Translations under genes and position numbers: made by a program
Shown here: positions 56,072 to 64,000 of the stretch, one piece after another
Numbering within the stretch: position 1 is the first letter of the stretch
How the letters are laid out: the number at the start of each line of letters is the position of its first letter
Notes under the pieces: model-generated
Databases searched by the model: none
Seen by the model: only the letters and a program-made list of their open reading frames with translations
What the model was told of the DNA's origin: nothing
IMG/VR virus record: IMGVR_UViG_3300026549_000045
Location: 1-64,000 of that record
Strand: one strand, 5' to 3'
Length of the DNA: 64,000 nucleotides
Source of the DNA: a virus
Taxonomy: Duplodnaviria; Caudoviricetes

Positions 56072-56549
56072 ACGACAACAGCATAACAAGGTAGTATCGT
56101 CCGACGAGTGGTACACGCCACGGTGGATCATTGACGAACTGGGACCATTCGACCTTGACCCATGCTCGCCAATAGTAAAGCCCTACGAGATAGCACCCGT
56201 GTCGTACACCAAGGAGGACAACGGTCTGGCGAACGACTGGCACGGCACGGTATGGATGAATCCGCCGTATAGCCGCGTGCTACTGCGAGCTTTCTGCGAG
56301 AAGATGGCCGAGCACAATGACGGCATCGCCCTGCTGGTGAACCGCCAGGACAACCTGCTATGGCAGGAAGTCATCTTCCCAACCGCAAAGTCGATGATAT
56401 TCATGCGGCACCGTGTGAAATTCATCCATCCGGAAGGTAGAAGCTCGTCACCATTCACAGGGAGCTGTCTCGTGGCGTGTGGCGACAAATGTGACCGCCG
56501 ATTGCGTGAGAGTAAGATTGAAGGAAAGTATGTGGTATTAAACAGATAA
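56064..56549 (+). CDS. Phage Dam-family N6-adenine methyltransferase
   Basis: DEWYTP, FDLDPC, DNGL..W, VWMNPPYS. Confidence 0.9.
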   Translation: MDKRQQHNKVVSSDEWYTPRWIIDELGPFDLDPCSPIVKPYEIAPVSYTKEDNGLANDWHGTVWMNPPYSRVLLRAFCEKMAEHNDGIALLVNRQDNLLWQEVIFPTAKSMIFMRHRVKFIHPEGRSSSPFTGSCLVACGDKCDRRLRESKIEGKYVVLNR

Positions 56550-56555
56550 CAAATT

Positions 56556-56861
56556 ATGAAAAAAGCAATGTTTTACATCCTGTCAGCATTGACACTGATG
56601 TTTCTCGGCTTGAAGTTGGCCGACAAGATTGATTGGAGTTGGTGGTGGGTATTCTCGCCAGTATGGGTTCCAGTAGTGGCTTATGTTTTTATGACGGTGG
56701 CAAGCCAGTGCTACCTGATATATCAGTATAAGCACAACGAGCATTTCCGTAAAATCATGGACGACTATAGGGCAGTTAGAAAGCAATCGAAAACGACCCT
56801 TGCCGACAGATTGAAGGAGATGAAGGAGCAAAGAGCAAAGTTTGGAAACAAGGCGGATTGA
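56556..56861 (+). CDS. Small membrane protein
   Basis: LKL..IDWSWWWVFSPVW. Confidence 0.75.
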   Translation: MKKAMFYILSALTLMFLGLKLADKIDWSWWWVFSPVWVPVVAYVFMTVASQCYLIYQYKHNEHFRKIMDDYRAVRKQSKTTLADRLKEMKEQRAKFGNKAD

Positions 56862-56863
56862 CT

Positions 56864-57097
56864 ATGACAGGTATTATAGTAATTCTGACTTCATATTTCA
56901 CAGTCTCCCTGTTTGCATTCTTTGGTATATGGAAGGAACTGGAAAATGACTATGACCGCTTCTGGGAACTGCCGAGAGCCGGCAGGATTCTTTGTCGGAC
57001 GTTTGCTATTCTGTTCTGGCCGATATACGTTATTCCATGTGCGGTGCAGTTGATATACATTCTTATGAGACGATTTTACGAATCATTTACTGAATAA
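56864..57097 (+). CDS. Small membrane protein
   Basis: Two TM segments. Confidence 0.65.
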   Translation: MTGIIVILTSYFTVSLFAFFGIWKELENDYDRFWELPRAGRILCRTFAILFWPIYVIPCAVQLIYILMRRFYESFTE

Positions 57098-57105
57098 GAA
57101 AAACT

Positions 57106-58716
57106 ATGAACAAGATCGAACTACTTTACATTGACCTCTTCTGCGGTGCTGGCGGTACATCAAGCGGTGTAGAGTATGCCCGCGTGGACGGCAAAAAGTG
57201 CGCCGAGGTCATAGCGTGCGTGAATCACGACAAGAATGCAATTCTTTCGCACCAGGCCAACCATCCGCACACGCTCCACTTTACCGAAGATATACGGACG
57301 CTGGAGTTGAGCCCAATGGTTGAGCACCTGCAGAAGATGAAAAAGAAGTACCCCAAGGCAAAGGTCGTACTGTGGGCCTCATTGGAATGTACGAACTTCT
57401 CAAAGGCAAAGGGAGGTCAGCCACGAGATGCTGACAGCCGCACATTGGCAGAGCATCTGTTTCGATACATTGAAGCCATTGATCCAGACTATATCCAGAT
57501 TGAGAACGTGGAGGAATTTATGTGCTGGGGAGCCTTGGATGAAAACGGCAAGCCTGTAAGCAAGGACCAAGGCAGCGACTATATGCGGTGGGTGAAGAAT
57601 GTTTGCAACTATGGTTACGATTTTGATTGGCGCATCCTGAATGCAGCAGACTTCGGAGCTTACACAAGCCGCAAGCGTTTCTTTGGGCAGTTTGCCCGTA
57701 AGGGTCTTCCTATTGCCTTCCCCATTCAGACATTTGCAAAGAATGGTGATGACGGTGGTATGTTCAAGATGTATAGCAAGTGGCGTGCTGTTCGTGACGT
57801 GCTTGACCTTGATGATGATGGCACAAGCATCTTTACTAAAAAGAAGCCGCTGTGTGAGAAGACACTGGAGCGCATCTATGCCGGGCTTGTAAAGTTTGTG
57901 GCGGGTGGCAAGAAGCAGCATGAAGCGTGGATCCTGAAGTACAACTCCATGAACAAGGACAATCATCACAATGCTCCATCGCTTGACGAGCCGTGTCCTA
58001 CGGTAGCTTGCCAGAATCGCCTTGGACTTGTAAAGTGCCAGTTCCTCTCGAAGCAGTTCAGTGGTGACCCGTCCGGCAAGAACATCGACATTGAACAGCC
58101 GGCAGGCACCGTCACCTGCAAGGACCACCATGCTTTTGTCACTGCATATTACGGCAACGGATTTAACAGTAGCATCGACGAGCCGTCTCCAACAATCACC
58201 ACTAAGGACAGAATTTCTCTGGTTTCGACAAAGTTTGTGGCTAACGAGTACAGTGGTGGCGGTCAGATATCTGACATCAACGACCCTTGCCCTGCTGTGC
58301 TGACCACACCAAAGCAGAAGATAGTATCGGCGCAGTATCTGATGAACCCCTATTCGTTCAAGAGCGACGGCGGCAGCATCGACAAGCCGTGCTTTACACT
58401 CATAGCCCGCATGGATAAGATGCCGCCATATCTGATTACTACCAAAGAAGGAGTCGTTGGTATTGCCATCTATGAGACGGACAGTCCTTGGACTCGCAAG
58501 GTGAAAGAGTTTATGGCCATGTACGGTATTGTGGATATCTGCATGCGTATGCTGAAAATTGACGAACTGAAACGCATCATGGGATTTCCGTCAGATTATG
58601 TGCTTGTCGGTACCCAGGCTGAGCAGAAGAAATATATAGGTAATGCTGTCGAGGTAAACATGAGTCGCGTACTATGCGAGGCTCTTTGCAAGAAACTTAA
58701 AAACATGGAGATATAA
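57106..58716 (+). CDS. DNA cytosine-5 methyltransferase
   Basis: IDLFCGAGG, WASLECTNFS, IENVEEF, T.RKRFF, MGFP.DY, IGNAV. Confidence 0.92.
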   Translation: MNKIELLYIDLFCGAGGTSSGVEYARVDGKKCAEVIACVNHDKNAILSHQANHPHTLHFTEDIRTLELSPMVEHLQKMKKKYPKAKVVLWASLECTNFSKAKGGQPRDADSRTLAEHLFRYIEAIDPDYIQIENVEEFMCWGALDENGKPVSKDQGSDYMRWVKNVCNYGYDFDWRILNAADFGAYTSRKRFFGQFARKGLPIAFPIQTFAKNGDDGGMFKMYSKWRAVRDVLDLDDDGTSIFTKKKPLCEKTLERIYAGLVKFVAGGKKQHEAWILKYNSMNKDNHHNAPSLDEPCPTVACQNRLGLVKCQFLSKQFSGDPSGKNIDIEQPAGTVTCKDHHAFVTAYYGNGFNSSIDEPSPTITTKDRISLVSTKFVANEYSGGGQISDINDPCPAVLTTPKQKIVSAQYLMNPYSFKSDGGSIDKPCFTLIARMDKMPPYLITTKEGVVGIAIYETDSPWTRKVKEFMAMYGIVDICMRMLKIDELKRIMGFPSDYVLVGTQAEQKKYIGNAVEVNMSRVLCEALCKKLKNMEI

Positions 58717-58718
58717 TT

Positions 58719-59360
58719 ATGATGAAACTATTTAAACGAATCCTTGACTTCTTCAACATCCATCCTGATAAGAACCAGCGATGGACGCTATCAACAGTAT
58801 TTGTCGTCGGTTTGCTCTATACATACGTGCAGCCGGCCATCACTAAGGCGTGGGTGTCAGAGCTTCCTGCAGAGTGGATAGCCTTTCAGTCGCTGGCCTA
58901 TTCCATTTGCGGTTTGCTCATCGGCATGATCTGGAAAGGATGGGTTCGCCGCAAGGCTATTCAGTGGTTTACCATCCTCTGCATCATTGAGTCGGCGGCA
59001 GGCTTCTTTGTAGGTATGTGGCTCAGCTTTGTGGAGTACAATGTGTGGGTGTTGGCTATCGCCTGCCTGTTGTACGGTACGCTTATTTCGGAGTTTGTCG
59101 GCAAGTGTCTGATGACATTCCGTCCGAAGTTGTGGAACGAGCATGAGCGCGAGGTGTACGACAATAACAACGACGTGGTGTGTGGCATCTACTGTATTGT
59201 TGGCTATGCCTGTTCGTTGCTGTTCATGCCGTCGCTTCAGGTCGCCATGTTCGTATGGGGTCTTACGTGTGCTCTTGATAATATCGGATGGCTTGTGGTG
59301 TACCATAAGAACCGCGACAAGTTCAGGGAGATAGAGAACGAAACAACCAAAGAGAAGTGA
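58719..59360 (+). CDS. Multi-pass membrane protein (half-MFS-like)
   Basis: About six hydrophobic segments. Confidence 0.65.
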   Translation: MMKLFKRILDFFNIHPDKNQRWTLSTVFVVGLLYTYVQPAITKAWVSELPAEWIAFQSLAYSICGLLIGMIWKGWVRRKAIQWFTILCIIESAAGFFVGMWLSFVEYNVWVLAIACLLYGTLISEFVGKCLMTFRPKLWNEHEREVYDNNNDVVCGIYCIVGYACSLLFMPSLQVAMFVWGLTCALDNIGWLVVYHKNRDKFREIENETTKEK

Positions 59361-59361
59361 T

Positions 59362-59610
59362 ATGGGTCTGAATGAGAAAATGCTGCCTTTAGGCAAGACG
59401 AAGCAACACCGTACAGGTGACTGGCTCTACACTATGGAAGTGGTCGGCTGGAACGAGAAACTGAAATGCAACGTGTGGGCCGAGAAGTCGAAGAAATATT
59501 CTCCTGTTCCTCGTGTTAATACCTACCAGCTCGTTGAAGCCATGAAGGAGTCTGAAGACTGGGAGCATACAAGAAATATGGCAAAACGTATTCATAACGC
59601 AGCGAAGTAA
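59362..59610 (+). CDS. Hypothetical protein
   Basis: Packed ORF. Confidence 0.65.
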   Translation: MGLNEKMLPLGKTKQHRTGDWLYTMEVVGWNEKLKCNVWAEKSKKYSPVPRVNTYQLVEAMKESEDWEHTRNMAKRIHNAAK

Positions 59611-59625
59611 TAAAAACAAACGATT

Positions 59626-60150
59626 ATGCTGGTAAAACGAGAATTTCACAATATTGAGTGCGACTGTTGCGGACAGTTGCTTGATGAAGAAACGTGGTGG
59701 GATGATCAGGACGCGCTCACGACAACTATACTCCCTGAGTGCGGATGGATTGAGTGTGAGGGTGGTCGCCACTATTGCGACGAGTGCTGGACGCGCGACG
59801 ATGACGACAACATCGTGACTAAGGACGGGCGCAAGTGGGATGATTACGACCATAAGGAAATCAAGTCGTACCGCATGAACTATCTCGATCTGAGCGACGA
59901 CATGACGCTGACGCAGTTCCGCATGGAGCTGATAAAGGGCAAGGCGCTTTGCAATTCGATGGTCGGCACGCTCTACAAAGGTATGCTCATTGATGACCTC
60001 GCCGTCGGCAAGGAATGGTTTGAGAAACTGCTCACCGCCCGCAAGGGTACAGCAGAGTTCGACTGTTACTACACGTTCATGTCGCATGGCATCTTCCGCC
60101 TGGCGCAGAACGATGCTTACGAAAGAATGTATAACCACAACAAACAATAG
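59626..60150 (+). CDS. Zn-finger-containing hypothetical protein
   Basis: CDCCG..HYCDEC. Confidence 0.7.
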   Translation: MLVKREFHNIECDCCGQLLDEETWWDDQDALTTTILPECGWIECEGGRHYCDECWTRDDDDNIVTKDGRKWDDYDHKEIKSYRMNYLDLSDDMTLTQFRMELIKGKALCNSMVGTLYKGMLIDDLAVGKEWFEKLLTARKGTAEFDCYYTFMSHGIFRLAQNDAYERMYNHNKQ

Positions 60151-60258
60151 ACAAATGAAGGAACTAATTAGAAGATTGGGTCAATATATCAATAATCATC
60201 ATGACCTAATAGTAGAAGCAATTTATTATAAACTTTGCGAAATTTATTATAAATAATT

Positions 60259-60561
60259 ATGGCAGAATGGCATTGGCATTATACTGACGAGGAACTGCCA
60301 GCGATAACGAGCGGAGACGGGACGAGCGACTACGTGCTTGCGTTCCCAGGTAGCGGATGTCTGCCGAAGGTGGTGAAATACTCCGACGGAAGCTATACAA
60401 AGCGCGGCTGGTGGACAACCGATTCCCGCCACCTCTCAATGCGGGAGTGTGGTCGCTATCGTTCGCGGCAGAGATTCCCCTTCTGGGCGAACATCGAGCA
60501 GCCGACATTCGAGAAACTATTGGAACAAGAAAAAGTAAATAACGACTATGCGAGAGATTAA
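60259..60561 (+). CDS. Hypothetical protein
   Basis: ORF. Confidence 0.6.
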   Translation: MAEWHWHYTDEELPAITSGDGTSDYVLAFPGSGCLPKVVKYSDGSYTKRGWWTTDSRHLSMRECGRYRSRQRFPFWANIEQPTFEKLLEQEKVNNDYARD

Positions 60562-60925
60562 ATTCAGAGCGAAAGACATTGCAAGCAACAAGTGGTTGTT
60601 TGGTGACCTTCGCCACCACAAGGACGATGTTTGCATCTTCGATCAAGGAGGCACGAAGGGTGAACAAGTGAAACGTGAGACCGTCGGTCAGTTCACAGGA
60701 CTGCGCGACATCAACGGCAAGGACATCTACGAGGGTGACATCCTCGATGTGAGCTATGCCGACGAGGAGAGTTATCTGGAGGTGCGCTTCGTTCGCGGCG
60801 TGTTCGCCTTCCTGTGGAACGGCGACCTCGACGACGAGTTCCCCTGCAACGCTCCCACCCATGAATGGGCTAAGGTTATCGGCAACATCTACGACAATCC
60901 TGAACTATTAAACAAGGAGGACTGA
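60548..60925 (+). CDS. YopX-family phage protein
   Basis: MREIKFRAK..TVGQFTGLRDINGKDIYEGDIL..VIGNIYDNPELL. Confidence 0.92.
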   Translation: MREIKFRAKDIASNKWLFGDLRHHKDDVCIFDQGGTKGEQVKRETVGQFTGLRDINGKDIYEGDILDVSYADEESYLEVRFVRGVFAFLWNGDLDDEFPCNAPTHEWAKVIGNIYDNPELLNKED

Positions 60926-60928
60926 ATT

Positions 60929-61264
60929 ATGGCACAGATGAATGACAACGACATTGTAAATCTGCTGAAAGACCGCACGAGGCTGGAGCAGTACTTACTT
61001 GACATGATAACGTCAAGCGATAAGTTCAGTGAGAACCTGCCGCAGCTGCGCGACAAGGGGTGGAGCGAGAAGGGAATGCTTGACAAGGTGCTGGAGATTT
61101 CGTCCATCCAGTCGCAGCAGATTAAGCACCTGGCACTGATAGCTCTACTGTTGGTACACTCCAAGGAATTCGACTCGATTATCGCCCACACGATGATGGA
61201 GATGGGGCGCGGTCAGGAGGCTCTGCAGGAGATGTTGCGAAGAAAAATGAATAGAGGGTATTAA
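60929..61264 (+). CDS. Hypothetical protein
   Basis: Packed ORF. Confidence 0.7.
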   Translation: MAQMNDNDIVNLLKDRTRLEQYLLDMITSSDKFSENLPQLRDKGWSEKGMLDKVLEISSIQSQQIKHLALIALLLVHSKEFDSIIAHTMMEMGRGQEALQEMLRRKMNRGY

Positions 61265-61279
61265 GATGGAGGGCTGACT

Positions 61280-61837
61280 ATGGACGATTATCGGTTTATC
61301 GACACCAAAAAGTTTCGGGAGTGGATTAAGCGGTGCAAGTGCATCGAGCGCTACGAATGGTATAAGCGCGACCTGCGGCGCAAGCGTCCCAACCGCAAGA
61401 AAGGGCGCGACCTATACCACGGCATACAGGCCTACCGTCGGCGCGTCGGTCAGCATGAAGACAGACTGTACTTCCGTGGTGTGGCTGAGATGTACGACAA
61501 GCTACGCATAAAGGTCATCCGCCAGCATCCCGAACTGGCCGAGAAGATTCCAGACCTCTATATACGATTCCTCAGTCTGCGCTTCCCGCATCACGAGTTC
61601 GAGGCACAGCTCTACGCTAAGCCGAAGTCGCTAACCGAGTCGATAATGGACAGGTTCTACCACGACCTCAAAGACATGCGGATAAAGGTGTCGCCAATAA
61701 TGGCCGGGGAGTTAGCCAGGACGTTCGACGGCAAGGACGCGGTATTGGATCGGGTGAAAGAAGTAGAACCTACGGACGCGATAGTATCGTTTGCTTTGGC
61801 GATGTTAAGAGACGAAGAAAAGAGTAGTAACAAATAA
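61280..61837 (+). CDS. Hypothetical basic protein
   Basis: Packed ORF. Confidence 0.7.
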   Translation: MDDYRFIDTKKFREWIKRCKCIERYEWYKRDLRRKRPNRKKGRDLYHGIQAYRRRVGQHEDRLYFRGVAEMYDKLRIKVIRQHPELAEKIPDLYIRFLSLRFPHHEFEAQLYAKPKSLTESIMDRFYHDLKDMRIKVSPIMAGELARTFDGKDAVLDRVKEVEPTDAIVSFALAMLRDEEKSSNK

Positions 61838-61849
61838 TGCTTTGGCGAT

Positions 61850-62221
61850 ATGAACAGAGAAGAAATGATTAACAAGATGGCCAATGCCATCAAGAAGATG
61901 AAGGAAGAGACCAACAAGGGAGTAATCAAAGACCACATGATCAACTCCGTAATAAATTGGAAAACGGGAAAGGAAACAGGACAAGGCGCTGTACTGACCT
62001 GTGGTACGAAGTTCGAGTACACCGAGGAAGTGCTGGACCATTGGAAAGAACAACTCGGAGCTGACGAGTTTCGCATCAAGGTGAGCGGTACACGGCTGTA
62101 TATCACGTTTATTGCCTATTACGAAGAGGATAAGCGCGAGGCCGACAGAAAGAAACTGATTCGGGCCATCAACGGTGAACTTGCTAAAGACGGCTTGCAC
62201 ATACCAATCAAGGAGGACTGA
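61850..62221 (+). CDS. Hypothetical protein
   Basis: Packed ORF. Confidence 0.7.
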   Translation: MNREEMINKMANAIKKMKEETNKGVIKDHMINSVINWKTGKETGQGAVLTCGTKFEYTEEVLDHWKEQLGADEFRIKVSGTRLYITFIAYYEEDKREADRKKLIRAINGELAKDGLHIPIKED

Positions 62222-62223
62222 CT

Positions 62224-62583
62224 ATGAAAGTATGTCTGATTGGCTACATCGACAACACGCCTGAGAATAAGCAGATGCTCGATACCTACGAACTGCGAAA
62301 CGACTTCTGGGCTGAGAACTTCAAGTTTCGTCGCCGTGACGGTAAGAAGGTGACGGAGGACGAATTAAAACAAGTGTCTGCATGGATCGACCGAGAGATT
62401 GTGAAGAAGCACCGCACGAACTGGCTCAGCGAGAAGAACCCTGAGTACATCGACGTGACCGATCCAGCTGTCATCAAGAAATACTATTCGTGGATGACCG
62501 ATGAGGAAATACAAGAACGACTGGAGGCGGAGCGGCGACAGAAAAAGTTTGAAGATTTAAGAAATAAAATTTTAGCGATATGA
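62224..62583 (+). CDS. Hypothetical protein
   Basis: Packed ORF. Confidence 0.7.
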   Translation: MKVCLIGYIDNTPENKQMLDTYELRNDFWAENFKFRRRDGKKVTEDELKQVSAWIDREIVKKHRTNWLSEKNPEYIDVTDPAVIKKYYSWMTDEEIQERLEAERRQKKFEDLRNKILAI

Positions 62584-63335
62584 GAACAATACAGATTTCA
62601 GAAGAGGACTACGAGTTCTTGAAGGACTTGCAGCATGAGTTGAACACTCAGACAAACGACGGCAATGCCGATCCCGTTTATTGGGGAGTGATGGAACACA
62701 GGATGGAGCCTGCGCCAGAAGGTTGCGGCGATGCTATCATCTACATGGGCGACGGAGCCACGATGACTACCGAGGAAGCCGTGGAGTACATCAATGAGAA
62801 TATTGCTGACTACAGCGAGGACGTGCAAGATGAATGGAAGGAAAAGGACGACTTCGACCGCAGCGACATGCCTACGGTTGTCGATTTCCTTCACGACACG
62901 ATGCAACTATATGAGTGCCGCATCGTATGGGAGGAGGAGAAAGACTTCATCAGCCGAGAGACGGGAGCCTTCATCACCAAGCGGGCTTGCAAGGAGTACA
63001 TCGAGAAATGCCACTACAACCACTCGAAGCCGCACACCTACGCCATGACCGCCTATCGTAACTACGAACTTGGGCGACTGCTGAAGATACTGCGCAATGG
63101 GTTGGACTTTACACCAGCCACGGATAGCATCTGGCACTCTATCGACGAGAAGGCCGACAGCAGCAAGTTCGTGGTGCTCTACGATGTGGAAGGCGGATAC
63201 ATGAGTCCCGCAAGCAGATGTATTCTCGGTTTCGATTCAATGTTCATCAATGCAATGAACAAGAAATACGGGGCCAATTACACGATGTGGGCTTACATGG
63301 ACGACTTGGCACCAAAGAAGGAGGCAGACGTATGA
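62580..63335 (+). CDS. Hypothetical phage protein
   Basis: FLKDLQHELNTQ..ADP.YW..NHSKPHTYAMTAYRN. Confidence 0.75.
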   Translation: MRTIQISEEDYEFLKDLQHELNTQTNDGNADPVYWGVMEHRMEPAPEGCGDAIIYMGDGATMTTEEAVEYINENIADYSEDVQDEWKEKDDFDRSDMPTVVDFLHDTMQLYECRIVWEEEKDFISRETGAFITKRACKEYIEKCHYNHSKPHTYAMTAYRNYELGRLLKILRNGLDFTPATDSIWHSIDEKADSSKFVVLYDVEGGYMSPASRCILGFDSMFINAMNKKYGANYTMWAYMDDLAPKKEADV

Positions 63336-63580
63336 AAACGGAACTGACTTGTGAGATACTGGAGCGTAACGGTTTTGTGCATAGCCTGGAGACGAAATCG
63401 CTGACGATTACGCATAAGCTGCACTATCAGCAAGAGTCGGTACGCATCCTTGCCTGCTTCGACTACTTCAATGACAAGTGGATGATATACGCACTGTCAT
63501 TCTTGGGTTATGCTCGCACGGTGCAAGACATGAACAAGTTGTTGAAACGAAATAATATTGATAAGGAGATAAAGGCATGA
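63332..63580 (+). CDS. Hypothetical protein
   Basis: ATGA overlap with the previous gene. Confidence 0.65.
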   Translation: MKTELTCEILERNGFVHSLETKSLTITHKLHYQQESVRILACFDYFNDKWMIYALSFLGYARTVQDMNKLLKRNNIDKEIKA

Positions 63581-63795
63581 CGAGATACACAGTTTTTCTA
63601 CTACAGCAGGCATATCCCGACCAAATCGAGATATTGAAACATAAGCAAGATGACGGCATTTATATCGAGTGCTGGCTGCTCAACGAGGACAAGACTCCGC
63701 ACATGATGTTGTTTGATGGCGGTCCGTTCCAGAATGAACTTGCGATAGATAATACTATTGACAAGCTATTGAAGATTAAACTTGAAGAGAACTGA
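63577..63795 (+). CDS. Hypothetical protein
   Basis: ATGA overlap with the previous gene. Confidence 0.65.
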   Translation: MTRYTVFLLQQAYPDQIEILKHKQDDGIYIECWLLNEDKTPHMMLFDGGPFQNELAIDNTIDKLLKIKLEEN

Positions 63796-63797
63796 TT

Positions 63798-64000
63798 ATG
63801 ACAAAGGAAGAGTTAGAGAAGATTGGGACCTCGATGACGAAGGAGCAAATCATTGAGCGTGCGAAGACGCTGCGACCAGTGGCTGAGTTTAGGAGAGTTG
63901 GCGGCATGATGTTCTGGGTGGATGGTGGCAGGATTCATACGTGGTCCTATACATGGGATTTGAAACGCCTGAAGCCGACGGGATTTCTGCGAGAGTTGGG
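63798..64000 (+). CDS. Partial hypothetical protein (runs off the window)
   Basis: MTKEELEKIG..., open to the window end. Confidence 0.6.
   Translation, partial: MTKEELEKIGTSMTKEQIIERAKTLRPVAEFRRVGGMMFWVDGGRIHTWSYTWDLKRLKPTGFLREL

Larger units (their letters stand above)
1..64000. mobile_element. Segment of a large Bacteroidales temperate phage / phage-plasmid
   Basis: Rep_3 plus iterons, repressor switch, primase-helicase, YopX, DUF3310, orphan methyltransferases and dense small ORFs; no core housekeeping operons. Confidence 0.8.

Noticed and set aside
9344-63659. Numerous long minus-strand ORFs (for example 15531-16664, 20611-21720, 23501-24646)
   Set aside because: They mirror well-supported plus-strand genes and show no motifs. 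Only 32715-33473 occupies its own space.
1-64000. Stop-codon reassignment as in some Prevotella/crAss-like phages
   Set aside because: Code 11 gives dense, full-length genes, and TAG and TGA stops are followed directly by new starts.

Overview
The window is part of a large Bacteroidales (Prevotella-like) mobile genome, most likely a temperate phage or phage-plasmid. Support: TTTG/TAnnTTTG promoters, no Shine-Dalgarno motifs, standard genetic code, phage-type gene content, and no capsid, tail or conjugation genes in view. Layout: (1-1.7 kb) an intact solo tnpB behind a C4-antisense-like leader; (1.8-4.4 kb) an iteron origin, a Rep_3 initiator and a DnaA-N/DnaC-like loader; (5-8.4 kb) an sRNA, a spanin-like lipoprotein, HU and an HTH protein; (8.4-9.4 kb) a GC-skew switch and a large structured element; (9.4-32.6 kb) an early/anti-defence region with PcfK/AcrIIA9-like, PcfJ, ArdC-like, minimal NAD ligase, J-LPD29 and DarB-like MTase-helicase genes; (32.7-34.3 kb) a divergent repressor switch; (34.3-64 kb) a primase-helicase, exonuclease, radical SAM enzyme, DGR-type target, three more methyltransferases and many small ORFs. 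The most unusual signals are: (i) a ~440-nt structured RNA carrying two tandem circularly permuted tRNA-like modules directly after an unknown coiled-coil gene; (ii) an sRNA whose terminator loop is antisense to the translation-start regions of four distant genes; (iii) a ~480-nt structured element opening an early region enriched in CTAT, in which six proteins end in -AA. All family assignments come from motif recognition by eye; no database searches were run.
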